From: Histomonas meleagridis 2922-C6/04-290x
Taxonomy: Eukaryota; Protista; Parabasalia
Direction: 5' to 3'
NCBI GenBank assembly: GCA_020184695.1
Contig: JAANOX010000231.1
Location: forward strand, 124,001 to 188,000
DNA length: 64,000 nt
Made by a program: the position numbers and the translations under genes. Of the stretch, positions 21,429 through 32,479 are shown piece after piece. Numbering within the stretch: position 1 is the first letter of the stretch; each line of letters opens with the position of its first letter. Under the pieces are notes generated by a model. It was given only the letters and a program-made list of their open reading frames with translations. It was not told the origin of the DNA and ran no database searches.

Positions 21429-22295
21429 ATGAAACTTAGAAACGCTAATTTTCTACATGATGAAACACTTATAATATGTACTAGCACAAATTTAGTTATT
21501 TTAAAACCTCCTTTGTATGAACCAATACTTTCAATTCCTGGAGGACCTTTTTTATTCAGTACTGCATTTCAAAATTTTATTGCAACAGTTGCTATGACCA
21601 ACAATGTTCCACATACTCCTATGTATCTTCTTTTATATAATCTTAGCAATGGGGCATTTCTACGTTCAATTGAATTTCCAACTCGAATTCTTATGATTTC
21701 ATCAACTCAAACACATTTTTTTGTAGCACTTAAAGGAACGATTATATGCTATGATATCAAAACATTGCAAAAAATCACGACATTAGAAAATGCAAGTTCA
21801 AAAGGTATATTTGCAGCATCGCAGAACTACATAGTTTATCCCGACGAATCCAATATAGGATTTGTTAACATTATAGCTACTTCTGATTTCCAAGTAAAAC
21901 ATCATATCAAAGTCCACAACAATGAAATTACAAAATTATCAATTTCCAATGATCAACCAATTCTTCTTTCAGCTAGTAAAAAAGGTACTTTAGTAAGAGC
22001 GGCAAGTTGTGAAACTGGAGAAACTATAACAGAATATCGAAGAGGTTTCATAAATAACGAAATTGTCGAGATGGCACAAAATGGAAAACTTTGTTGTGTT
22101 TGCTCATTGTCAACAATACACATATATACTGCTGATAACCAACATTTTAACGTGAGTTGTTCATCAACACCTATTTGCTGTATGATTCTACAAGATAATG
22201 TTTATGTGGTAACACAATCAGGAAGTTTAACTGTTTATGCATTGTCTGATGATACTAAGTCAATCGAAATAGTTTCTAATATAGAATTCAAATAA
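21429..22295 (+). CDS. ATG18: ATG18/WIPI-like PROPPIN beta-propeller
   Basis: VHNNEI..L..S...LLSASKKGTLVR and EYRRG (FRRG phosphoinositide motif equivalent). First ATG at 21429. Confidence 0.8.
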   Translation: MKLRNANFLHDETLIICTSTNLVILKPPLYEPILSIPGGPFLFSTAFQNFIATVAMTNNVPHTPMYLLLYNLSNGAFLRSIEFPTRILMISSTQTHFFVALKGTIICYDIKTLQKITTLENASSKGIFAASQNYIVYPDESNIGFVNIIATSDFQVKHHIKVHNNEITKLSISNDQPILLSASKKGTLVRAASCETGETITEYRRGFINNEIVEMAQNGKLCCVCSLSTIHIYTADNQHFNVSCSSTPICCMILQDNVYVVTQSGSLTVYALSDDTKSIEIVSNIEFK

Positions 22296-22714
22296 ATTTG
22301 TGCATGTTATTAATAAATATTATGTTTAATGGAAATGTTTTACAAACATATTTGAAACCAATATAAGATCTTTCACTTGAAAAACATATTTTATAAAATA
22401 TTATGATGCTTTTAAAGAGAAAATAACGAGTAATGTATATGTGATAAAAATATAAATGATTTAAGTACTTAAATCAATTTTTGAATAATTCTGTCTTCCA
22501 TTCACATAAATAAGGAGAACGTTAAAAATTCAGGATTTATCATTTCAGCAAATACAATTAAAATAAATTCTTGAAAACAAAAGAATTTCAAAATCTTAGT
22601 AATTTGCTAATGAATTATGTAAAAATATAAAATTTATATTTATTAAAAATTATAAAGTTTTAAGTTTTTCCACCGCACTCTTTTGATATAAACCACAGAA
22701 AATTGTGATTCATT

Positions 22715-25204
22715 ATGCACGAAGAAAGAAAAATTAAAAACCTTCAAAACAAAGAAACAAACATGAAATTTCTTATGACACTTGAAGAAACAATGTTTAA
22801 TTTAACTGAAAAAAACATAGAATTAACAATTGATCAAACAATGAAATTATTTGATTCAAATTATCCTTATACATATAATCTTATTATATGTAATTTGAGT
22901 TTCTTTGCATTTTGTTCTCAAAGAATAAAATTGATACATATTTAAATTATTTAAAAGCTATTCACACAAAAGAGCATGAACTCAAACAAAATATTCGTTC
23001 GTTAATAATAAAGATGTAACATTAATTGATTATGCAGCATTTTATGGATCAATTAATTGCTTTAAATATTTACTTATGAATGGCGCAAATACAGATAAAA
23101 CATGTAAATATGCAATTGCAGGTGGAAACATTGAAATTGTTCATTTATGTGAACAAAATCATTCATCATTTAAAGGTGCATATGAAACAGCAATTGAATT
23201 TCATCGAAATGATATCTTTAAATATATTTATGAAAATAAATTAGAAGAATTGGATGAAAATATCAGATAAATACGAGAAATGCAAATACATACCAAAAAA
23301 TATCTATGATTTGGGATGCTTATGTATTCGCAGTGGGATTTATGATATTTTATCGGTTTTAGAAGAAAAGTTCATAAACATTGGTGAATTTCTTATCAAA
23401 GAAGCTGCAAAAATTGGAAATTTATATCTTGTAAAACATTTTAATCAAAAACATCAAAATTTAGAAAATATTTTTGTTGCATCTTCAGAATCAGGAAATA
23501 TTGAACTAATAAAATATATTTTAGAATCAAGTCAAGAAAAAATTGAGATTAATATTAAAGATATTTCCATATTTTATTTCATATTTCAAAATAATATTTG
23601 CTAATTTTTCAATTCATTTGATGATACAGCACTTAGTGTTGCAGCTGAAAAAGGTTACATAGAAATTGTTAAATTATTGCTTGAACAAAAAGGAATCGAT
23701 ATTAATGCTAAAGGATTTTATTTTTTTAAAATAGCATTTGCTTTATGAGATTTTTGTTTCATAACATTATTTAAAATTTGTTTTATACATTTCAAACAGC
23801 ACTTATCAAGGCAGCTGAAAAAGGTCATGCAGAAATTGTTAAATTGCTTCTTAAACAAAATGGAATCGATATTAATGCTGAAGATATTAATTTTTTTTTG
23901 TTTGAAATTTATTAGAAAAACTTTGGATTTTAAAATAATATTTGGAAATTATTTCAAATATTTAATACAGCTTTGAAGGTAGCATCAGATAATAATCATC
24001 AAGAAATAGCAAAATTACTTCTTGAACAAAAAGAAATTAGTATAAACAACAAAGATATTAATTTGTTTCAATCTTTGTTCAATTTAATGATTTCAAGATT
24101 CAAAATATTATTTTAAGATCATTCAAATTATTTAAAACTGCGCTGATGGATGCAGTTAAAAGAGGTAACATTGAAATAGTGAAATTACTTATTAAACAAA
24201 AAGGAATTAATATCAACGCAAAAAATATTTTTTTGTTTTACTTGATGTTGATTATATAATTTTAATATTACAAAATAATATTTGGAAATTACTCAAATTA
24301 TTTAAAACTGCACTTATAATAGCATCCATAAAAGGTCATACAGAAATAGTGAAATTACTTCTTGAAAAAAATGGTATTAATGTTAATGTAAAAGATTTTT
24401 ATATCTTTTTTTGTGGATTTTTTCCTATAATTTAATATACAAAATTAATACTTGATGATTATTCACAGCATTTCAAACACCACTGACAATTGCAGCTGTT
24501 GAAGGTCATATAGAAATTGTTAAATTACTTCTTAAACATAAAGGAGTTAAAATTAATTCTAAAGATTCATTTATTTTGTTACATGCATGTTTATTTGAGT
24601 TTTTTAATATTTTAATATAATATTCAATAATTAATTTGCATATTTAGAACAGCTTTTATGAATGTAGCTAAAGGAAAACATATTGAAATAGCTAAGTTAC
24701 TTCTTGAGCAAAAAGAAACTGATATAAATGCAAAAGATATTATTTAATTAAATAATTTATTATTTTAAAATAATATTTGGAAAATGTTCAAAATATTTAA
24801 TACGCACTTATGGAAGCATCTAAAAATGGTTATCCAGAAATGGTTAAATTTCTATTAGAACAAAAAGGAATTGATATCAATGTACAGAATTTTAATATAT
24901 TTTTTATAATATTTATTAAAATAATATAGAATTTCAAAATATTATTTGGAATTTTTTTAAGAGTATATTGGACAGCTCTTATGTTAGCATCAAAAAAGGG
25001 TCGAACAAATATGGTTAAAATACTTTTAGAGCAAAACGGAATTGATGCAAATATAAAAAATTTTTGTACATTCGATTTAATATTTGTTTAAATAATTTAA
25101 AATAGAAAAATAATATTTGGAAAATGTTTAAATTATTTGAAACAGCACTTATGATTGCAACCAAAAATGAAAATACAGAAATAATTAAGTTGCTTACTCA
25201 ATAA
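22715..25204 (+). pseudogene. DUF3447 + ankyrin gene B, disrupted
   Basis: Homologous to genes A, C and D. Frameshift near 22925, large internal deletion near 22995 and frameshift near 23255. The array also has a 1-nt deletion at 24802-24804 and a TAA in a micro-exon (24114-24116). Confidence 0.7.
23563..25204 (+). repeat. Ankyrin cassette array B (10 cassettes) interrupted by 17-nt inserts
   Basis: Cassettes start at 23626, 23796, 23967, 24137, 24307, 24477, 24649, 24802, 24972 and 25142. Spacers are 63, 80, 81, 80, 80, 80, 82, 63, 81 and 80 nt. Confidence 0.93.
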
Positions 25205-25493
25205 AAATTAAAGAAGATTCAAAACGCAATGTTCATCATCAAAATAGATTTGATAGAAAAAACTTAAAAATAAAAACATTTGTAAAAATATGTTTTCATT
25301 TTTTTATTTAAAAAAAAATTTCAGTTTAAACACATAGTTCATGAACTATGAAATATCATTTATTACAAATAAAGTTCATAATAATTGACTTTATGAAATT
25401 ATATGATGACGGTTTTGAAATGATATAAACGATTATTTTCTTTTCAAATCATCTTTCATCGTTTTTGTATTTTTCGACGGTTATTATCAATTA

Positions 25494-25505
25494 TCACTTC
25501 ACTTA
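25494..25505 (+). promoter_or_regulatory. Tandem Inr elements upstream of RidA
   Basis: TCACTTCACTTA immediately before the ATG at 25511. Confidence 0.65.
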
Positions 25506-25510
25506 TTTTT

Positions 25511-25891
25511 ATGTCAAGAGAAATCCATACAGATGATGCCCCACCAGCAATTGGACACTATGTTCAAGCTCGTGTAGTCAAGGATACTCTTTACACATCC
25601 GGAATTGTTGGTCAAGATCCAAAGGGAGGACCAACACCAGAAGATGTTGCCGGACAAACAAAGATTGCTCTTCAAAACCTCGATGCTATTTTAAAGGCTG
25701 CTAATTTCACAAAGCATGATATTGTTCGTTGCGATGTTTATATTGCAAACATGGATGATTTCAAGGCATTCGATAATGCTTACATTGAATACTTCGGCGA
25801 CTACAAGCCATGCAGGTGCACTGTTCAAGCTGCAAAACTCTGTGATCCATTCAAGGTCGAAATGGAAGTAATTGCAGTTTTATCAAACTAA
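25511..25891 (+). CDS. ridA: RidA/YjgF/YER057c/UK114 enamine deaminase
   Basis: APPAIGHYVQA, LYTSG, DFKAFDNAYIEYF, PCRCTVQ (catalytic Arg) and VEMEVIA. Confidence 0.92.
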   Translation: MSREIHTDDAPPAIGHYVQARVVKDTLYTSGIVGQDPKGGPTPEDVAGQTKIALQNLDAILKAANFTKHDIVRCDVYIANMDDFKAFDNAYIEYFGDYKPCRCTVQAAKLCDPFKVEMEVIAVLSN

Positions 25892-26056
25892 ACCTAGTTT
25901 TATCAATTTTTTTCTTTTTAGTGCATTTGTGAGTTAACATCAATTTTTTGTTTTCATTAAAAAATAAGCTTGAAAATGAAAAAAAAAGATCTTTCAATTT
26001 CTTCGAACTTCCAAATTTTATAGCAGATGTAATTACATAATTAAACTAAAACGAAC

Positions 26057-26130
26057 GCCATCGTAGCTCAATCGGCTAGAGCATAAGACTCTTAATCTTG
26101 GGGTTGCGGGTTCGAGTCCCGCCGGTGGCT
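26057..26130 (+). tRNA. tRNA-Lys (CTT)
   Basis: Acceptor GCCATCG/CGGTGGC, anticodon stem TAAGA/TCTTG with CTT at 26091-26093, GTTCGAGTC T-loop and a downstream T-run. Confidence 0.97.
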
Positions 26131-26255
26131 TTTTTTGTTTTATTTTGCCAATTTTTTAATAATTCTTATAATGATTTAAATTGTTAAAATAGACTCAGCT
26201 CAACTTTAATATTACATTTATATACAAACCAAATTTATTTAAAATTATAAATTGA

Positions 26256-27914
26256 TTAATTCTGCGCGTTACTAACTTTTGATCCCTTTAATAGCATTGT
26301 TTGTATTTGTGGAATTGTCCAAAAGTTATAAGCAGTATTTTGAAATCTGTACAGAATTGAAACTCTATTCGAAATGGGAATTCTTTTCTCCCAGTTAATC
26401 AGTCCATCGATCATCGAAGGTGAGTCATCAACAGGCATTAAGTTAAGTTCGGCCTGCATATTTGGTACGCAAGGGAGCCATTGCTCAAACCTTGTCGAAA
26501 CGATTTGAATGTATTCTTTATATTCGCCACCTGCTCCACAAGATTTTGTTAATTTATTAATTTTTTTAATAATTTGTGGCGATTGTAAAACAGCTAAATG
26601 TGACAACTGTGGATGTGTGATTGCAGTTATTATACAATTAGTTGCATCAAAGTTACCTAAGTCATTTAAATGGTTTGCAATATCAGTGATGATGTTAACC
26701 GCTGAAGTCGTATCGTTGGCGGTTAAAACGGTTTCCATCGTAAGATCAATTAAACGTTTTCCAAAATCAAGAAACTCAACAAGTGTTGGAGTTTGATGGG
26801 AGGCCTTTTTCTCACTAAGCGCGACAAAGAACTCACGTGAGTGAATGGCCTTAAATGCGTTGTGGAACAATATAGAGATTTGACGTGCAACTTCGAGGGG
26901 ATCTAAATCAATCATTTTCAATGTTGGTTTGAAAATAACTTGTGAGTTTTGAATTCGAGGTTCACACGTCGGAGGACCTAATAGCCCTTGTTTGGTGCCG
27001 TAATGGAGTGTTGGAAGAGATGCAAGAACAGTTTTTGCAAATCTTTCGACCGACGAATACTTAGATGGATTGTCTACAATACGCTTCATGAGCTCGCCAA
27101 TTGCTTTTAGCGTTTTATTTCCAATGAAAAGCCCGTGGAAGTTGGTCCATTTCCTGATAAGATTTACAACTCGAACACGAACTGACGATTGCATAATGAG
27201 AATCTTTTCCTTCTGTTCTTTGTCAGTGGGTTTGAGAAGGTGACAGTCAAATAGAGCTATGAGATGTTCGAGAAAGTGACTTGAAGATGTGATTGAATGA
27301 ATTGAGAGGAAAAATCTGTGAAGCTCATCATCACTAACATCAAGAACATCAGAAGTCACTAAGAGAACAACAATTCGACGAAGTGTGGCAGTTTTGAGAT
27401 TTTTGAAAATATAAGGCTCAGATGAAAAAGTGGAATTAATAGTGGGATCAAGAAGCTCTACCCAAATTTGTGATGGGTCTTCTTTATAAGAAGAAGCAAA
27501 GAAATCTTCTTCGAGATTTTCTTCAATAAATTGAAGATGTGTTTCTGGTGGAATTCCCCATGGATCTTCACGTGGAAGAACTCCAAGGGAAACGAGAATG
27601 GAAAGATCAGTTTTATCCCATGGTTGATCTATGATTTGGAAATTATGACCAGATTCGTTCCGAAGAACATTGGCTGTTCGATGCATTCCAATCGCAATCA
27701 GATGTTGATATATGAGTTCGAGAATGTTGAAACGATTGACATGTTCGAGGACTGTTACAGAATCTGTAAAAATAACATCAGAAAACGAATAACCACCTGT
27801 CCAAGGTAAAACTCTCTCGCGAAGGTCAAGAATTTGTGGGTTTTCGGAAATGAGTTGGTTAAACCATTTGCTTTTTTCTTCTAAAGTCACTTCTTGTGTT
27901 TCATTGCCTTCCAT
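26256..27914 (-). CDS. RasGEF (LisH-like + REM + CDC25 domains)
   Basis: LIYQHLIAIGMHRTANVL (LisH-like), RVVNLIRKW, DPLEVARQI and GLINWEKR. ATG MEGNE at 27914; the ORF extends to 28025. Confidence 0.85.
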   Translation of the reverse strand: MEGNETQEVTLEEKSKWFNQLISENPQILDLRERVLPWTGGYSFSDVIFTDSVTVLEHVNRFNILELIYQHLIAIGMHRTANVLRNESGHNFQIIDQPWDKTDLSILVSLGVLPREDPWGIPPETHLQFIEENLEEDFFASSYKEDPSQIWVELLDPTINSTFSSEPYIFKNLKTATLRRIVVLLVTSDVLDVSDDELHRFFLSIHSITSSSHFLEHLIALFDCHLLKPTDKEQKEKILIMQSSVRVRVVNLIRKWTNFHGLFIGNKTLKAIGELMKRIVDNPSKYSSVERFAKTVLASLPTLHYGTKQGLLGPPTCEPRIQNSQVIFKPTLKMIDLDPLEVARQISILFHNAFKAIHSREFFVALSEKKASHQTPTLVEFLDFGKRLIDLTMETVLTANDTTSAVNIITDIANHLNDLGNFDATNCIITAITHPQLSHLAVLQSPQIIKKINKLTKSCGAGGEYKEYIQIVSTRFEQWLPCVPNMQAELNLMPVDDSPSMIDGLINWEKRIPISNRVSILYRFQNTAYNFWTIPQIQTMLLKGSKVSNAQN

Positions 27915-28702
27915 CTTGTTTTTGGCGGTTTGTAATTCATATTTTTGAATGAAATTTAAAGAAGAGACCGTTAATATCGGAAAAAATGAAAATGCCGAAT
28001 TTTTATGAGTCATCATTCTATACAAGTGTATTTAATGAGGAAACTATGAAAAGAGAAAGTCAACTCTTCTCTCTTTATCTAAATTCAAAATTTAATCTCT
28101 ATATCTTCAAACTGTCAGTCAACGATCCTTCTTATAAAATTTCATTTAAATAAAAATTTATATATACTAAAAAAATTCTAAATAACAACCTCATGAAATA
28201 CTTCATAACGTTATTAGACACCGAAATATTTATATTTTGGAAAATTAACCCAGTAATTGAAAAAGTGATACTTTTTGTGAGAATAAATTTAACCGATCAA
28301 AGTACAATGAAAGCAATCCCAACGGTCGAACTTTTTACAAAATTAAAACAAAGCATGCACCTTTGTACTTAAATCTTTATCATATATATGTACCAAATAT
28401 TGCCTTAAAAATCCTTGAATTAAGCTTTATTTCTGTCCGCTAAAAAATTTGGCATTAATCTGTAAAATATAAAAATTATATACTATTTTTGATTGATATC
28501 ATTAACCTACAAAATTTTTCATTGAATATAATGAATATCTTCAAAAGCAAAAATTTTCTATTTGTATGACTCAATCCACTTAAAACATTTTTTAAATTTA
28601 ATTTACTCAATAGCTTTGTTTTCTCTTTATAAAAAGTTAACAGCAACAAAAATCTATTTTGAAGATAGCATTTTATAAGAAAAGAAAAAAAGAAAATCAT
28701 GA

Positions 28703-28730
28703 AACGGTTATGACGGTTTGGCTGTCCTTT
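28703..28730 (+). promoter_or_regulatory. Double M3 + M5 core promoter of RPL13
   Basis: ACGGTTA (28704-10), ACGGTTT (28713-19), CCTTT (28726-30), then ATG at 28737. Confidence 0.8.
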
Positions 28731-28736
28731 TTTGGA

Positions 28737-29312
28737 ATGGTTTGCAAGAACAATAGAGTTCCAAATGATCACCTTCGTAAAGACTGGTTCCGTCGCATTA
28801 AGTTCTATTTCGATGATCCAGCCAGAAAGAAGAGGCGTCAAATTGCTAGAGCAATTCGTGCTAAGAAGATTGCTCCACGTCCAGTAGAAGGTCCACTTCG
28901 CCCACTTGTTCATTGCCCAACAGTACGTTACAACCGCAAAGTAAGGCTTGGTCGTGGTTTCACAGTTGAAGAAGTCAAAGCTGCCGGATTTGAACCATCA
29001 CGTGCCAGATTCATGGGCATTGCAATGGACAAATTCCGTGTTCACACAAAGGATGAAATCAAACAAGCAAACATTGAACGTCTTAAGGCTTATAAAGCTA
29101 AGATGGTTCGCGTTCATACAAAGACCGAGAAATTACCAGCTGGTGAATCCATTCCATCTCTTTTCGCTCTTCCAAAGGCTGAACAGAAGGTCACATGGAG
29201 AGTTATCAAGGATGAAGAAAAGAAAGCACAATTATTTAAGACTAAGCAAGATGCACATAAAGCATGGAGAGCTTCAATCAAGGCTAAAGAAGCAGCCAAG
29301 CACAAGAAATAA
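28737..29312 (+). CDS. RPL13: 60S ribosomal protein L13 (eL13)
   Basis: HLRKDW, FDDPARKKRR, APRPVEGPLRPLVHCPTVRYN and RLGRGFT. Confidence 0.97.
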   Translation: MVCKNNRVPNDHLRKDWFRRIKFYFDDPARKKRRQIARAIRAKKIAPRPVEGPLRPLVHCPTVRYNRKVRLGRGFTVEEVKAAGFEPSRARFMGIAMDKFRVHTKDEIKQANIERLKAYKAKMVRVHTKTEKLPAGESIPSLFALPKAEQKVTWRVIKDEEKKAQLFKTKQDAHKAWRASIKAKEAAKHKK

Positions 29313-29390
29313 AAACAAACGTTTGATATCAAATATTAATGTTTTCATTCATTAATGAATTGAAAAAATATGATAAATAAAAAGATGTTT

Positions 29391-29546
29391 GTGGCTGTCG
29401 GCCCAAGGAAGAACGATCACCATGGTTCTTAGACCACATGGATATTTGGTAAAAAGATTTTGAACTTCTACACGGTGCAGTTGTTCGTGGTGTACATTAC
29501 CAAATTGACAAAACCGTTGTTTTTGAGAGAGGTTTTGTGCGGCCAT
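29391..29546. ncRNA. Candidate structured non-coding RNA (unassigned)
   Basis: GC-enriched island. Closing stem 29391-98/29539-46; helices 29444-52/29497-505, 29469-73/29490-94, 29509-15/29531-37 and 29423-26/29433-36. Confidence 0.35.
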
Positions 29547-29755
29547 GGGGCACCCTAATGTATTTAAACGAAATCCTATTCAAATTATAAATTAACCACT
29601 TGAAGGTTAATAAATAATTAAATTTAATATTGATATTCTCATTATTTTGAACAGTTAACTGTTGATAAGTACTTATGCAAAATATTATGATGAAAGATCC
29701 ATGATTGTTTCTGATTTTGATCAATATATGATATACATTCTGAACAATATCAGAT

Positions 29756-29827
29756 GGGTGTGTAGCTCAGTGGTAGAGCGCTACATTTGCATTGTAGAGG
29801 CCTGGGGTTCGATCCCCCACACATCCA
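29756..29827 (+). tRNA. tRNA-Ala (TGC)
   Basis: Acceptor GGGTGTG/CACATCC, anticodon stem CTACA/TGTAG with TGC at 29788-29790, GTTCGATC T-loop and a downstream T-run. Confidence 0.97.
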
Positions 29828-30311
29828 TTTTTTTCACAGCTAATACACCCAGCTATAATTTTTTTTAGAATAATATTATGTGAAAACAATTTAAAAAATA
29901 ATTTGATTCACCATTAGTATTCATAAAAAGGAATATACAACAAATATGGGATTTTGATTTTGTTTTCAGTCGTAAGCGAAATCTTCCAAAAAATGAACCC
30001 TTCCTTCATAAAATCAAGCTAAATTTTTTTAATGTTACAGAGGTACCTTAATATGATTTTGCGTGTTTTAAAAAGGAAAATTTATTGGTTTTTTTGAAAT
30101 TCTCAAAATATTGATATATTTGTGATAAATTTGAATATTTTGGTTTATTTATGATTAGACAAGAAGCTATAAAGCGGTAATAAGATTTCTATTAATCGTA
30201 CACCAGAAACAATTGCAGTGACATCCGATATAACAACATGAAGACGCCAAAATTCATTTCTCATCAGCGATTTGGTTTGTGTATAAACGAACAAAGAAAA
30301 AATTCAAGTGT

Positions 30312-31970
30312 TTACTTCACCTGCAATAACGTCTTCACTGTTTCCATCATTGTTTTAGCGCATTCTGCTTGCGACTTTGCCATTATTCCTCTTCTTAAGT
30401 TTATGAGAGTCCAACCACTGAACTGGTCCTTTGACAACGAGAACCACATCATTGCGTTTGCTTGTCTGCTGTACTTGTAAGGGCACCTAATGAATTCGCA
30501 CGATCCATTCAAGAACACGTGCATCATTTGGTTTTCTTTTGTTGCCTTTGTTGCCTTTGCTTCCAATTCATTATCGAAAGGCTTTTCTCCGTACACCAAA
30601 AACAGGATGTGCGTTATGTCCCAATCCATTTCATTTAGTGACGTCAAATTGATACCACTTCCGACGTGTTCCATTCTTGAATGATTTAAAGGCTTTGGAT
30701 TATTTTGATCGCAAACTTTGATCAGCTTGAAATTAGAGTCAAATAAATGCGCGCTTAATGCATGCTTCTTCAAGTTTGGCGCCGCAACTGTTAAAATATT
30801 AATATCTCCGCCTGGAACTATTGACGATAATGAATGTGGTACATATAATGGAAATTGATATTTAGGTTCTTTGATATCAGATTTCTTCCGTAAGTTTTGA
30901 TAAATCATCGGTATAAGAGAGGAAGGATTTTGCGCTGTAATTTGGGTATCGCGTCGTGGTAAGTTATATGATAATGGTGAAAAACCAATTTGATTACCTT
31001 TGATTGTAGCTTCACATACAACATAGATGTTAGAAACTTCATCAACTTCAAACGAGATTTGTCCTGCTGGACGTAAGTCTTGAAGTTGCGCTGTATTAAG
31101 TGAATATTTGTTGTTCCGTTTAAATTTCCCTGGTTCCTCATTTGAATACCATATCGTTAGGGTGCCCTTGTTGAAGAACTTTTTGAGAGGAGTAAAAGTG
31201 TTCGTGGAAATAAGAAACATCAACGACTTGCAGCCTAATGCATTAAGATATTTGGGATCAATACGGATACATTGAGACATGGATGATGTTGAGCAACATA
31301 CATTTTTGCCAGAATGCCAACATCCATCAATAAATCGATTTGATGAACATACAAATTCATATTGACCTGCTGCATCAAACATTACAACCGCTGAAAGATC
31401 ATAGCCAAAACGATATGGAACAATACCTTTGACTGAATTGCCATAATGATCATAAGGAGCACGAATTCGAAGTGCTGGATCTGGATCAAATGTAACATAA
31501 ACAGGATTTTGGAATTCTTTGTTTGGAAGTGGCATGGGTGGAATAGGTTTGACAGTAATAGAAACAGATATTGTAAGTGTACTTGGTTTGGTTTTATCTT
31601 TGGCTTCGCTCTTAAGAATAAGTACAGGAATCTCAATAGGACGATTGAGACGTAATTCTGAAAAGTTGGGGTCAAAAGTACAGACACCCATTTTTTGATC
31701 TTGTAAAAGTCCATCTTGTTCATCAAAAAGTTCAAGTTCAAGACGTGTTCCTCTAACACCATTAAAACGCATTTCGCTTGAGTTCCAGACTGGATTGAAA
31801 TCTGTAATAACTTTTGTTTGTCCCATAAAACTTCTGATAGGTCCTAATTGATATACCTTAACGTAAGCATCAATTCTGGGAGAAGGTATTGTGTTTGCAA
31901 TAGGTAAGTTGTGACCAGAGATAATCTTAACGGAAAAAGATCGATTTGTCTCTTGATAAGATGCAGACAT
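30312..31970 (-). CDS. C2-domain protein with TerD-like C-terminal region
   Basis: N-terminal C2 domain (VKIISGHNL...IDAYVKV...NPVWN...LELELFDE...MG). YDLSAVVMFD...WHSG resembles a TerD fold (tentative). ATG at 31970. Confidence 0.7.
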   Translation of the reverse strand: MSASYQETNRSFSVKIISGHNLPIANTIPSPRIDAYVKVYQLGPIRSFMGQTKVITDFNPVWNSSEMRFNGVRGTRLELELFDEQDGLLQDQKMGVCTFDPNFSELRLNRPIEIPVLILKSEAKDKTKPSTLTISVSITVKPIPPMPLPNKEFQNPVYVTFDPDPALRIRAPYDHYGNSVKGIVPYRFGYDLSAVVMFDAAGQYEFVCSSNRFIDGCWHSGKNVCCSTSSMSQCIRIDPKYLNALGCKSLMFLISTNTFTPLKKFFNKGTLTIWYSNEEPGKFKRNNKYSLNTAQLQDLRPAGQISFEVDEVSNIYVVCEATIKGNQIGFSPLSYNLPRRDTQITAQNPSSLIPMIYQNLRKKSDIKEPKYQFPLYVPHSLSSIVPGGDINILTVAAPNLKKHALSAHLFDSNFKLIKVCDQNNPKPLNHSRMEHVGSGINLTSLNEMDWDITHILFLVYGEKPFDNELEAKATKATKENQMMHVFLNGSCEFIRCPYKYSRQANAMMWFSLSKDQFSGWTLINLRRGIMAKSQAECAKTMMETVKTLLQVK

Positions 31971-32023
31971 TTTTGTAAAAAGTGTCAATTTCACATTTTC
32001 ACTTAACATGTCGGTGTATAGAA

Positions 32024-32052
32024 AACGGTTTAAACGGTTTGGCTTGGCCTTT
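32024..32052 (+). promoter_or_regulatory. Double M3 + M5 core promoter of RPS15
   Basis: ACGGTTT twice (32025-31, 32034-40), CCTTT (32048-52), then ATG at 32057. Confidence 0.8.
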
Positions 32053-32056
32053 TCGA

Positions 32057-32479
32057 ATGTCCAAGTTCGCCCAGCGTAACTATACATTCCGTGGCAAAAC
32101 ACTCGACGACCTCAAGGCCATGGAACTTCCAGAATTTGTCAAGCTTCTTTCAGCACCACGCAGGCGTTATATCTCACGCTGTTTCGGAGTTAAACATCTT
32201 CACCTTATCACTAAACTTAAAAAGGCTCGTGAAGCTGTTAAGGGCCCAGGAGAAAAGCCACCTGTTGTTAAGACACACTTAAGATCAATGGTTGTTCTTC
32301 CAGAATTTGTTGATAACATAATCGGTATCTACAACGGCAAAGAATTTGTCGAAGTTCAAATCAAACCAGAAATGATTGGCCATGTTCTTGCTGATTTCGC
32401 AATGAGCAAGAAGATTGTTAAACACAGCAAAGCTGGTGTTGGTGCAACTCGTAGCTCATCTGCAACATCTTTGAAGTAA
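32057..32479 (+). CDS. RPS15: 40S ribosomal protein S15 (uS19)
   Basis: YTFRGKTLDDL, VVKTHLRSMVVLPE, GIYNGKEF and PEMIGHVL. Confidence 0.97.
   Translation: MSKFAQRNYTFRGKTLDDLKAMELPEFVKLLSAPRRRYISRCFGVKHLHLITKLKKAREAVKGPGEKPPVVKTHLRSMVVLPEFVDNIIGIYNGKEFVEVQIKPEMIGHVLADFAMSKKIVKHSKAGVGATRSSSATSLK

Noticed and set aside
23563-25141. Spacers as U12-type AT-AC introns (GAT...ACA boundaries)
   Set aside because: Removal would be 82 or 84 nt, which breaks the frame and deletes the conserved Thr. There is no ATATCC 5' site, and some cassettes lack AT or AC at those positions.
23626-25204. CRISPR-like array (170-nt period)
   Set aside because: The eukaryotic context has no cas genes, and both the repeated and variable parts are explained by ankyrin coding sequence.
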